A stretch of 64,000 nucleotides of DNA, from contig MVZM01000003.1 of NCBI GenBank assembly GCA_002068415.1, positions 40,306-104,305 on the forward strand, in the 5' to 3' direction. Under the pieces are notes generated by a model. That model ran no database searches. It saw only the letters and a list, made by a program, of their open reading frames with translations, and had not been told where the DNA came from. Positions 8,311-16,789 of the stretch are shown in pieces; the stretch's first letter is position 1, and the number at the start of each line of letters is the position of its first letter. This DNA is from Tenericutes bacterium ADurb.BinA124. GTDB lineage: Bacteria; Bacillota_I; Bacilli_A; ML615J-28; CAG-698. The position numbers and the translations under genes are program-made.

Positions 8311-9508
8311 AGGCTAAATTAGGTATTTCCTGGGCCTTTTTCAAAGTTATTTTGGTAATAATCGGACCAACCAGTTCATAAACCAAGGTTGCTGCCAACA
8401 CAATCGTGCGGATTTGGGAACCCATCTCAGGATTAAGAATTTGGGTCGCAATGAGGCTTAAACCGATGGCCACCCCGGCTTGGGGAATCAAAGTAAAACC
8501 TAAGTATTTCGCAATCTTAGGATCCGCATGGGTTACTTTGCTGCCAAACCAAGCCCCGAAGATTTTACCGGCAACCCGGGTGATGATATAAACAAGACCA
8601 ATAATACCGACAATCTTGAGGATTGATAGCTTTAATTCCGCCCCACTTAAAACAAAAAACATCATGAAAATCGGTGGGGTAATATAATGGGTTAGTCCGT
8701 TCACCTCATCATAATCCTTGCTGATGTTGGCAAAAAGACCGCCAAAGGCCATGCAGGCCAACAAAACCGAACCGCCTAAATAATCAGTTAAAAAGATAGT
8801 TAAAAAGACAAAGGCTAAAGTTAGAGAAATCCGATTACCGCGATTGGAAAACCACTTACAAGCAAAGTTTAACACAATCCCAAAAAAGGCGCCAATGCCC
8901 AAAGAAAAGATGATTTCCCAAATCGGTTTAATGATTTGAATGAACAGGGAACTATCACCATTGCCCCCTAAACCGTTGGCAATCGCCACATTGATGCCAA
9001 ACAGCATTAAGGCCACCGAATCATCAAGGGCCACGACGCTCATTAGCATTTCCGTAAGCGGTCCGGAAGCCCAGTATTGCCTCACCACCATTAAGGTTGC
9101 GGCCGGTGCGGTCGCCGCAGCAATCGCCGATAACACCAAGGAAAAGCGAATATTCGTTAAATCGAGCGTTCCTTTAATAGCAAAGAAAACAATTAAGCCG
9201 CCAAAAACAAACAACACGGCAAATAATGATTCAAAGATGGCAATTACAATCGGTCTCGTCCCGACTTTTTTAAAATAGCTGAGCTTTAATTCATTGCCAA
9301 TGGAAAAGGCAATAAAACCGAGGGCAACTTGCGAAACCAAATTTAAGGAAAGCAGTTGATCTTCGCCAACCAAACCGAGGACACTGGGACCAATAATTAA
9401 ACCACCAACTAAATAACCGGTAACATTCGGTAAATGTGAGTATTTAGCTAATTTACCAAACAAAAGTCCGGTTACTAAAACAATCCCCGCATATAATAAA
9501 ATATCCAT
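8309..9508 (-). CDS. Monovalent cation:proton antiporter, CPA2 family (Kef/NapA-like), 399 aa, about 12 TM segments.
   Basis: ORF track. N-terminal LPNVTGYLVGGLIIGPSVLG is a typical CPA2 signature. Polytopic membrane protein. Confidence 0.75.
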   Translation of the reverse strand: MDILLYAGIVLVTGLLFGKLAKYSHLPNVTGYLVGGLIIGPSVLGLVGEDQLLSLNLVSQVALGFIAFSIGNELKLSYFKKVGTRPIVIAIFESLFAVLFVFGGLIVFFAIKGTLDLTNIRFSLVLSAIAAATAPAATLMVVRQYWASGPLTEMLMSVVALDDSVALMLFGINVAIANGLGGNGDSSLFIQIIKPIWEIIFSLGIGAFFGIVLNFACKWFSNRGNRISLTLAFVFLTIFLTDYLGGSVLLACMAFGGLFANISKDYDEVNGLTHYITPPIFMMFFVLSGAELKLSILKIVGIIGLVYIITRVAGKIFGAWFGSKVTHADPKIAKYLGFTLIPQAGVAIGLSLIATQILNPEMGSQIRTIVLAATLVYELVGPIITKITLKKAQEIPNLA

Positions 9509-9510
9509 AG

Positions 9511-9846
9511 CTACTTCTTATACCCTTTTACATACTCAATATTAAGCGTAAAAACAATGCCAGAATTCGGTTTGGATAAATCACCGGCTAAACGATCAAT
9601 TATATCTAAAACCCTTGGCACTTGTTCATCTTCCAAAGCCATCAAAATAACTCGTGAATCCGTCCTTGGCGTATCAAAGATGGCTTTTAAGGACCCGATA
9701 ATATCAAAGTTATCGCTTTCAACTAATTTTCTACCCATCCCCGTACTGTTTAAAATCGTGGCGCCTCTAATTTGCGCATCTTTCAACTCGTGAACAAAGC
9801 GGTCTAAAAGATTAACATTATTCATCACATAAACTAACAGTTTCAT
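9511..9846 (-). CDS. PII-like signal-transduction protein of the PstA/DarA type (putative c-di-AMP receptor), 111 aa. Translationally adjacent to the antiporter (2-nt gap).
   Basis: MKLLVYVMNNVNLLDRFVHELKDAQIRGATILNSTGMGRK aligns by eye with B. subtilis DarA [36 protein letters not shown]. The size matches PII-like c-di-AMP receptors. Confidence 0.5.
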   Translation of the reverse strand: MKLLVYVMNNVNLLDRFVHELKDAQIRGATILNSTGMGRKLVESDNFDIIGSLKAIFDTPRTDSRVILMALEDEQVPRVLDIIDRLAGDLSKPNSGIVFTLNIEYVKGYKK

Positions 9847-9899
9847 ATTTACCTCACTTGTCTTTATTCATTATACCCCGATGTTAGCTTGATAGCAAT

Positions 9900-9945
9900 A
9901 AAAAAAAGCTAAGAAATAACTAACGGATTTCTTAGCTTTAATAAT
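9900..9945 (-). terminator. Rho-independent terminator of the ferritin gene (12-bp perfect stem AAGCTAAGAAAT/ATTTCTTAGCTT, then U8 on the minus strand).
   Basis: Hairpin and T-run read directly from the sequence. Confidence 0.8.
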
Positions 9946-9952
9946 ATGAACA

Positions 9953-10474
9953 TTAATCTAAATTAAGTGATGGAGCAACAAACTGACGCGCTTTCAATTC
10001 TCGATCAAGGGCATAAAGGCTCCCGCCATGTTTTCCAAAGTTCTCGTAAGCGGAAATTAAATTCTCAGCATTCATTTCTTCCTCACCCTGTTCTTTCACA
10101 AACCAGTTTAAGAATTCAATGGTGCGATAATCTTTCAAGGACAAGGCCACATCATAAATATGATGAATGGAGGCGGTAACAAATTGTTCGTGTTCCAAGG
10201 CACCATGAAGGGGATCTTTCAACTCCTTATAAACTAAATGCGGTTTCGCAATCGCATCCAGCGTAACATTAAAACCATTGTTTTGTAAATATTTGATAAA
10301 CAACATCGCATGGCTTTGTTCTTCTAAAGCCTGGACATTGAACCAATTGGCAAATCCTTCCAAACCTTTGTTTTGATAGAAATTAGCCATATCTAAATAT
10401 AAATAAGCTGAATAAAATTCTTTGTTTATTTGTTCATTTAATAATTTTGTTACTTTTTCGTTTAACATTTTCAT
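9953..10474 (-). CDS. ftnA: Bacterial non-haem ferritin (173 aa)
   Basis: Ferritin-like di-iron ligand pattern (E..EE.H ... E..H). Strong resemblance to FtnA over its whole length. Confidence 0.85.
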   Translation of the reverse strand: MKMLNEKVTKLLNEQINKEFYSAYLYLDMANFYQNKGLEGFANWFNVQALEEQSHAMLFIKYLQNNGFNVTLDAIAKPHLVYKELKDPLHGALEHEQFVTASIHHIYDVALSLKDYRTIEFLNWFVKEQGEEEMNAENLISAYENFGKHGGSLYALDRELKARQFVAPSLNLD

Positions 10475-10510
10475 TTCTCACCTTTCTATAAGGTTTTTCC
10501 TTACATAAAG

Positions 10511-10540
10511 ATTATAACATATTTATTTTTAATAATTCAA
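10511..10540 (-). promoter_or_regulatory. Sigma-A promoter of the ferritin gene (-35 TTGAAT, 18-nt spacer, -10 TATAAT on the minus strand).
   Basis: Read as the reverse complement of 10511..10540. Confidence 0.5.
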
Positions 10541-10551
10541 CTGAAATGCTT

Positions 10552-11829
10552 TTAGCTCCAAATGAACCAAAGCAATAAATAACCGGTGATAACTGCTGCC
10601 AAGGTGAAAGGAATTCCGATTTTAAAGAAATCGGAGTTTTTGACTTCATAACCTTCTTTCCGCAAAATCCCAATCCCGGCAATGTTGGCAGAAGCGCCAA
10701 TCGGTGTTAAGTTGCCACCTAAAGTAGCACCTACCAATAGGCCAAAGTATAAGATATAGGGCTCAATGCCAAGCTGTAAAGCGATGGCGGAAACCACGGG
10801 CAACATCGTTGCCACATAGGGAATATTATCAATGAAGGCGGAAAAGAGGACAGACGCCCATAAAATTAAGGTATAAATCAAGAATAAATTATTACCGCTG
10901 GCCTTCACAAACAATTGGCTAATTTTATCAATGACTCCGGCTTCAGTAATCCCACCAATCACAACAAATAAACCGATTAATAATAATAAGGTCGTATAAT
11001 CAATTTCTTTTAAAGCCTCCACAAAGGGTTTTATTTCTCTCTTCACAATTATTTTACGGGTAATCCCGACAATGAATAAGGAAACACAGATAATCCCGTT
11101 AATCAATCCTCCGGTTGCTGCGGAAAGTTTGGGGAAGAAAGAAGCAATAATCAACAACACAATCACACCAAGTAATAAAACAGTTGGAAAATAATCTTTA
11201 ACTTCGGTTTTTTGGACTTCTTCCACTTTAGCGGTTTCTTTTCGGAAAATCCAAAGTAAGATTAAAGCGGAAACCAAGGCTCCGGCTTGCACAACCCAGA
11301 AAATCCCAACCTTCCCTTTAAAAAAGAAAAAGTCTAAAAAGTTCATGTTCGCCTCACCACCCAACAAAATGGAGGTAGTGTCACCAACCAAGGTGGCAGC
11401 GCCTTGCAAATTAGAGGATACGGCAATGGCAATAACCATGCCCACCGGCGAAATCTCTAATTTCTTGGCAATGTTTAATGCGACCGGAGCAATCATTAAG
11501 ACTGTAGCCACATTGTCAATAAAGGCGGAGATTAAGCCCGCAAAGAGCGCTAAAATAAAAATCGTCCATTTAACATTCGGCATTTTCGCAATAATAAAAT
11601 CCGCCAGCCGCGAGGGCATTTTCGATTCTATAAACAATCCCACAACGCCCATCGTCCCAAAGATCATCATAATGACATTCCAATCAATGGCTCCCAAAAC
11701 TTTATTAAGGGGAATAATTCCTAAAATAATAAACACCGCCGCCGAAGTAAGGGCCACATAAGCGCGGTATTTAGGAAGGGCCAACAATAACACATAAGTA
11801 CATGCAAATAAGATTAGCGCTAAAACCAT
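10552..11829 (-). CDS. ArsB/NhaD-superfamily anion permease (425 aa, polytopic)
   Basis: ORF track. Motifs IDNVATVLMIAP and AFIDNIPYVATMLPV are typical of the ArsB/NhaD/CitMHS ion-transporter superfamily. Assignment within the superfamily is uncertain. Confidence 0.55.
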   Translation of the reverse strand: MVLALILFACTYVLLLALPKYRAYVALTSAAVFIILGIIPLNKVLGAIDWNVIMMIFGTMGVVGLFIESKMPSRLADFIIAKMPNVKWTIFILALFAGLISAFIDNVATVLMIAPVALNIAKKLEISPVGMVIAIAVSSNLQGAATLVGDTTSILLGGEANMNFLDFFFFKGKVGIFWVVQAGALVSALILLWIFRKETAKVEEVQKTEVKDYFPTVLLLGVIVLLIIASFFPKLSAATGGLINGIICVSLFIVGITRKIIVKREIKPFVEALKEIDYTTLLLLIGLFVVIGGITEAGVIDKISQLFVKASGNNLFLIYTLILWASVLFSAFIDNIPYVATMLPVVSAIALQLGIEPYILYFGLLVGATLGGNLTPIGASANIAGIGILRKEGYEVKNSDFFKIGIPFTLAAVITGYLLLWFIWS

Positions 11830-11873
11830 TCTGTCACCTCATAAAAACTGTTCTTATTGTAACATAAAGCCCT
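11824..11873. repeat. Left copy of a 49-bp direct repeat (AACCATTCTGTCACCTCATAAAAACTGTTCTTATTGTAACATAAAGCCC). Includes the start codon and RBS of the permease gene.
   Basis: Matches 13963..14012 with 2 mismatches and a 1-nt indel. Found by eye. Confidence 0.85.
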
Positions 11874-12112
11874 TTAAACTGCAACCATTGGTCTTTAGAA
11901 TCCACCTTAGAAGCTACAAAAATGGCATTTTAGAACTTACATATGATTGTTTACAAGGCTAAATTAATTAGCCAAGCATGTTAAAGAGATACTTAAGAGA
12001 ACCAAAACAAGTGAAATCTTTGAATAATAACCAATGGTTTTATTAAAATGAAAAACTATGCAAATAATAAAAACAATTTGATTCGGATAGACAAATTTAA
12101 TAACAATATGAC

Positions 12113-12160
12113 AAAACCCACCGCATGTAAAGTTGCAGTGGGTTTGATCATTTTATAGTT
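12113..12160 (-). terminator. Probable terminator downstream of the SDH-protease gene (CCCACCGCA...TGCAGTGGG hairpin followed by a U-rich tract on the minus strand).
   Basis: Imperfect 9-bp stem plus TTTTGT. Moderate quality. Confidence 0.4.
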
Positions 12161-12246
12161 TATTATAAAAATTAGTGCTTTTTGACCATAAAACCACAAA
12201 TTTTTAAAGAAGTTAATTGTCACACAACAATATTGTAAATATTTGA

Positions 12247-13122
12247 TTAAATTTGACGAATCAGAGCTCTTCCTTCTTGGTTTTCAATTAATTTAATTGC
12301 TCTTGTAGATGAAATGGTAATTGTGGAAGCATGATAGATGCTCAACACTAAATCTTGTAATATCGCGTCATCTTCTAAACGAACAATTTTTAATCCCATA
12401 TCTATACAATATTGCAACGAAAAATGTCTAGCATGGGATTTGGCATTCATATTTAATTTTTTTACAATTTCTTTGATGATGTTAGTCTTGTTTTCGTCTT
12501 TAAACATATACTTTTCTAACCATTCTTGTACAAGAATTTTTGAAAGTTTCATAGCATCAAACACTCGATATAAAAAAGCTGCGGGGTATTTCGACAACAA
12601 TTGACGCCAATATTCAGAAGACTGAGGATTATCAGTTAACTCTTTTTTGGCATTCTTAAATTCCTCTATGATGTTGAAGGCAGGTATGCCACCAAATTGA
12701 GGATCAACGGGACCTAAGCAGGATTGCTTTCCCATTATTATTTCCTTCGCAGCACAAGCGAACATTGTCCCTGCTGACATTGCCATATGGGGAACAATTA
12801 CCCTAACATCATTATTAAACACCGAATGCAAATAATTAACAATGTGTTCTGTTGCTGTAGGATCACCACCGGGTGAATGTAAAATAATATCTACACCTTG
12901 ACTTTTATTCAATTTATTGACAGTTGTCATAAAACCAGGCATATCCAAATCGGTAATATCCGTTCCTGGCATTTGCGGTTTTTCTAGCCATCCAGAATAA
13001 TATAGGATGGTGTTTCGCCCCGTGTGATTAGATAGTTTTTTTAAGTAAGTTCTTCTAACCAAGTCAACATTATTATTATTTGTTTTTATCTCTTCAAGTA
13101 TTTCATTCCATGACCCCATCAA
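12247..13122 (-). CDS. SDH-family (S49-like, ClpP-fold) serine protease, 291 aa
   Basis: ILHSPGGD...MAMSAGTMFA is the ClpP/SppA-type Gly-Gly-Asp ... Ser-Ala-Gly catalytic neighbourhood. The size matches the serine-dehydrogenase-proteinase family. No signal peptide. Confidence 0.6.
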   Translation of the reverse strand: MMGSWNEILEEIKTNNNNVDLVRRTYLKKLSNHTGRNTILYYSGWLEKPQMPGTDITDLDMPGFMTTVNKLNKSQGVDIILHSPGGDPTATEHIVNYLHSVFNNDVRVIVPHMAMSAGTMFACAAKEIIMGKQSCLGPVDPQFGGIPAFNIIEEFKNAKKELTDNPQSSEYWRQLLSKYPAAFLYRVFDAMKLSKILVQEWLEKYMFKDENKTNIIKEIVKKLNMNAKSHARHFSLQYCIDMGLKIVRLEDDAILQDLVLSIYHASTITISSTRAIKLIENQEGRALIRQI

Positions 13123-13307
13123 ATGCCTCCTTCAATTACCTGTGTTGAAGAAGAAAAAGTCATTTTTAACGATTGGTCTTTACCAGTATGGAGTTTATTT
13201 GGTAATACATATGAACCAATAAAATCAACATCTTTATTATTTATTTTTAAATCATCTAAAATTTTAATTATTTCTTCAATAGTTAATTCTTTATTTGTTT
13301 TTTTCAT
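13119..13307 (-). CDS. Small hypothetical protein (62 aa), translationally coupled to the protease by an ATGA overlap.
   Basis: Strong RBS AAGGAGA 7 nt upstream of the ATG at 13307 (MKKTNKELTIEEIIKILDDLK...). The track ORF begins 16 codons earlier without an RBS. 4-nt overlap with the protease start. Confidence 0.5.
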   Translation of the reverse strand: MKKTNKELTIEEIIKILDDLKINNKDVDFIGSYVLPNKLHTGKDQSLKMTFSSSTQVIEGGI

Positions 13308-13545
13308 TTTCTTTCTCCTTGTCGATTTAAAGTAAAACAACTTATATGGTTGCAAATAATTGTTTTATTTGATTTTGTTATAATAATAATATATCAAAAA
13401 AAAGGGCTTGTCAAATATTAGTTTTTGAAAAAATTATTAGTGCAAATATCAACTTAAAATTGACCACCCTCACCAATTAATAGTCAAATGCTTATCTTTT
13501 TTAGTATAATAATTACATTTATCATTAGGGGAAGAAATAATAATT

Positions 13546-13929
13546 TATGAATCTGATGATGGAGCAACTCATATTGAAGTAAAGTTGGAAGATGATAATA
13601 TTTGGTTAACTCAGCAACAAATGGCTGAACTTTTTAGCACTTCTAGGCCCAATGTAGTTATTCACATCGGAAATATCTATTCTGAGGGGGAACTTGATAA
13701 AATTTCAACCTATAAGAATTTTAAACAGCTTCGAAAAGAAGAAAATAGAATGGTTGAAAAGGAGATACCTTTTTATAATTTTGATATGATTATTTCTCTG
13801 GGATATAGAATTAAATCATCTTTAGCCATTAGATTTAGAATATGGGCAACTGAAAAACTTAAAGAATATATGATTAAAGGTTTTACAATGGCATCTTCAG
13901 CAGAAATTATCATTAATTCACTAATGTAA
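13546..13929 (+). pseudogene. Truncated RhuM-family (virulence protein RhuM-like) gene fragment. Corresponds to residues about 20-135 of the intact paralog at 28012..28725. Unrelated C-terminal tail.
   Basis: MNLMMGATHIEVKLEDDNIWLTQQQMAELF...MIISLGYRIKSSLAIRFRIWATEKLKEYMIKGFTM aligns almost residue-for-residue with the 237-aa protein at 28012..28725 and then diverges and terminates. Confidence 0.7.
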
Positions 13930-13962
13930 TAGCTCGGTATTTTTTCGATAGTGTTAATTAAT

Positions 13963-14012
13963 CAACCATTCTGTCACCTCATAAAAACTCTTCTTGTTGT
14001 AACATAAAAGCC
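13963..14012. repeat. Right copy of the 49-bp direct repeat flanking the roughly 2.1 kb islet.
   Basis: AACCATTCTGTCACCTCATAAAAACTCTTCTTGTTGTAACATAAAAGCCC. Confidence 0.85.
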
Positions 14013-14043
14013 CCCATAATATCAATCATTTTGGGGGCTTTAT
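14008..14043. terminator. Bidirectional terminator hairpin (AAAGCCCCCA...TGGGGGCTTT) downstream of the ABC exporter operon.
   Basis: 9-bp G/C-rich stem with flanking A and T runs. Confidence 0.7.
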
Positions 14044-14047
14044 CATT

Positions 14048-14902
14048 TTATGATTTTTTAGTGCGGAGACGAAGGATGGAAATTCCGTAAAACAGAATCC
14101 CCATAACTACTAAAAACATGATGGCAAATAGCGGAGTAACTTGCCAATTCCCAATTTTAATCACCACTCCCATTTCAAGGGCAAATCTGGACATTTCGGC
14201 TTCCGGGGCTTGCGCAAACACTTCGCCCATCGGTTCTTTCATAATGATGGTGCGGAATAAGGCCACCGAATAGGTCCCCGGAAAAACTTTCATTAGTTTT
14301 TGAATAAAATCCGGTAAGGCCCCAACAGGAACATAAATGCCCATTAAAAACCCAATAATCGTTCCAATGATAATGGACAAGGTCGAAAAAGCATTTTGAG
14401 TACGAATAAAGGAAATGACTAAAAACAAGATGGCGGAATTTGCAAAAGTCGATAAAACAATCACACCGAAGACTTTTAATAAATCAAATAAACTTAAAAG
14501 CTCGCCACCATTGATGATGATATACAGTTCACCAAACACCAGAGCCAAACAAGACATGATAGTCCCGATGACAAACGAACTGATTAAATAACCGCCAATG
14601 AGCGTTGATTTCTTGATTGGCGACGAATAAAAATCCTTAACGATGTTTTTGGAATAATCCTCAACAATAACTCCTAAAGCTCCCAAGGTTGATGTCACAC
14701 TGGAAGCGGCTACTAAACCCGCTACAATCCAGCTATCCATTAAAAACCTTACTCCCGTAACTCCCCCTTCCCAGTTAGACATCATGTCCCCTAAGAAAAG
14801 CACATATAAACTCATAATAATAATGACACTTAAAGACGAGAAAAAAACGGAGGTTTTATCTCGAAAGAACAAACGGATATTTCGTTTCGCAATATTAATC
14901 AT
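14048..14902 (-). CDS. ABC-2 type transporter permease (284 aa, 6 TM)
   Basis: ORF track. Polytopic. 8-nt overlap with the upstream ATPase gene. Confidence 0.7.
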   Translation of the reverse strand: MINIAKRNIRLFFRDKTSVFFSSLSVIIIMSLYVLFLGDMMSNWEGGVTGVRFLMDSWIVAGLVAASSVTSTLGALGVIVEDYSKNIVKDFYSSPIKKSTLIGGYLISSFVIGTIMSCLALVFGELYIIINGGELLSLFDLLKVFGVIVLSTFANSAILFLVISFIRTQNAFSTLSIIIGTIIGFLMGIYVPVGALPDFIQKLMKVFPGTYSVALFRTIIMKEPMGEVFAQAPEAEMSRFALEMGVVIKIGNWQVTPLFAIMFLVVMGILFYGISILRLRTKKS

Positions 14903-15821
14903 AATCTTCTATTCCCCTTCCGGTGATTGATAAAAAGGCATCATCCATTGAGCCATTGACAACCGAAAAACTGATGATGTCATCTTGGTAACGGTTGATT
15001 AAAGGAATGGCATCCACGCTCCTAAGCAATCTGATTTTCACAACATCGGCAATCACCGTATATTCTAATTTTTCTTTTTTTAAAGCCTTTACAAAGGGCT
15101 CAAGTTCTTTGGGTTTCATCATCAAAGTATCGCGGGAATGTTTATTTTTTAGTTCCGTCGGCGTTCCCATTGCCGCAATACTTCCACCGACAATTACCAC
15201 GACATAATCAGCATTATCCGCTTCTTCCATATAATGGGTTGTGAGGAAGATGGTCATTCCAAAATCCGCACGCAGTTTTTCAATCGTTTTCCAAATCTGT
15301 TGTCGGCTCATCGGATCAAGTCCGGTTGTCGGTTCATCTAAAAACAAGATTTTGGGAACATTGATTAATGCGCGGGCAATATCAACACGGCGTTTTTGGC
15401 CGCCACTTAAGACTTTATAACGTCGGTTTTGAATATCTTCCAAATTTGTCATTTGTAAAGCATTCTGAACTTTGGCTTCGGCTTCTTTAGCCGAAAGACC
15501 ATATAAAGCGGCTCGAAACAATAAATTTTCTTTCACGGTCAATAACTCATCTAAGACCTTGTCTTGGAAAACAACGCCGATGGCTTTTTTTATCTCAAAA
15601 TCATCTTTGCCGATTTCCCAACCGTCAATTAGAATTCGACCCGAGTCCGCCTCTAAAATGGTGGTTAAAATATCAATGGTGGTGGATTTCCCCGCCCCAT
15701 TGGGACCTAAAAAGGCAAATAAATCGCCTTTTTTGACACTAAAATTGATGCCATTAACGGCATGAACATCTTTGTAACTTTTATGCAAATTACTAACTTC
15801 AATAATTTTTTCACTATTCAT
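14895..15821 (-). CDS. ABC transporter ATP-binding protein (308 aa)
   Basis: Walker A GPNGAGKST, signature LSGGQKRRV, Walker B ILFLDEPTTGLD. Confidence 0.9.
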   Translation of the reverse strand: MNSEKIIEVSNLHKSYKDVHAVNGINFSVKKGDLFAFLGPNGAGKSTTIDILTTILEADSGRILIDGWEIGKDDFEIKKAIGVVFQDKVLDELLTVKENLLFRAALYGLSAKEAEAKVQNALQMTNLEDIQNRRYKVLSGGQKRRVDIARALINVPKILFLDEPTTGLDPMSRQQIWKTIEKLRADFGMTIFLTTHYMEEADNADYVVVIVGGSIAAMGTPTELKNKHSRDTLMMKPKELEPFVKALKKEKLEYTVIADVVKIRLLRSVDAIPLINRYQDDIISFSVVNGSMDDAFLSITGRGIEDYD

Positions 15822-16362
15822 TGTGGTTCTTTTCCTCTTTCTGAAGACGTTTTTTTCTAATTCTTCCTAAATACATTAATATAAAAACAAGGCTAAGGGC
15901 AATGGAAACCCATTTGCCGGCCGTTAAAACACTGGCCACATAAGCTAAAATACCCGTTGACTGGGGATAGCGACTAAAAAAGATGATTAACAAAGTATTT
16001 TCGCCCCAATCGAATAAGAGGGCGAGAGTAGGAAAAAACAAAGCGATGCCCTTTTGTTTCATCATATTACACAAATGACCGATAATGACGGTCAAAGAAA
16101 ACCAATAAACAAGGGGCCAAATAATATCAAACCAATATTTGGATTGAATATAAACTTGGATTCCTTCAGGACCATAAATTTGCGCTAAATTGTTTAAAAT
16201 AGTCGGCGAATAAAAAATCATCATGTCGGGGATAAGGGCCGTATGGAGTTTCCTTAACAAAACCCCATTAACAATCGGTAAGATAACAATCACAAACACG
16301 GCTAGTAAAAGAAGGGAAATGATGACCATTCGACGATTTATGCTGGCAATTATTTTTTTCAT
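15814..16362 (-). CDS. Small polytopic membrane protein of unknown function (182 aa), first gene of the ABC-2 exporter operon.
   Basis: ORF track. 4-5 predicted TM helices. Operonic overlap with the ATPase. Confidence 0.5.
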   Translation of the reverse strand: MKKIIASINRRMVIISLLLLAVFVIVILPIVNGVLLRKLHTALIPDMMIFYSPTILNNLAQIYGPEGIQVYIQSKYWFDIIWPLVYWFSLTVIIGHLCNMMKQKGIALFFPTLALLFDWGENTLLIIFFSRYPQSTGILAYVASVLTAGKWVSIALSLVFILMYLGRIRKKRLQKEEKNHNE

Positions 16363-16691
16363 AATTCACCCTTTCAACATTCTATTATAAGCTTGTTATT
16401 CCGTCAACCAATACGCATTAAATCACCTTTTTTCTTCCTCTATTAATCAAGAGTGAGGGCAAATAAAAATCCTTATACGGAAGTAATACTATTTTTAGTT
16501 TTCTTGGTTTGTACCCACCTAATAAAGCAAAAACGATTAATCAAACGAGTGAAGCGATAATTATTCCTCGTTATTTTTTTTCCATATTCCACCTTTTCCT
16601 TGTTTTATTATCAACTCGACACTATTATACTATATGCCATACATTATTGTCAAGTAAAAAATATTATTATTTTATGATTGAAAAGTAATGA

Positions 16692-16722
16692 TAAAAAAAG
16701 GAGCAGTCTAGTTGCTCCCTTT
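16692..16722 (-). terminator. Terminator of the PAS-GGDEF-HD-GYP gene (GGGAGCAACTAGACTGCTCC followed by U7 on the minus strand).
   Basis: Hairpin with flanking A7/T-run read directly. Confidence 0.7.
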
Positions 16723-16789
16723 ATTCATGGATCATTTTTGCTTGGAAAGAAAGCTAAAGTGATATTTATTGAATGAATTTTGGCAAATT

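Noticed and set aside
13119-13355. Long (78-aa) version of the small ORF upstream of the SDH protease
   Set aside because: The first 16 codons (MQPYKLFYFKSTRRKK) have no RBS, while an excellent AAGGAGA RBS precedes the internal ATG at 13307. The shorter 62-aa version is preferred.
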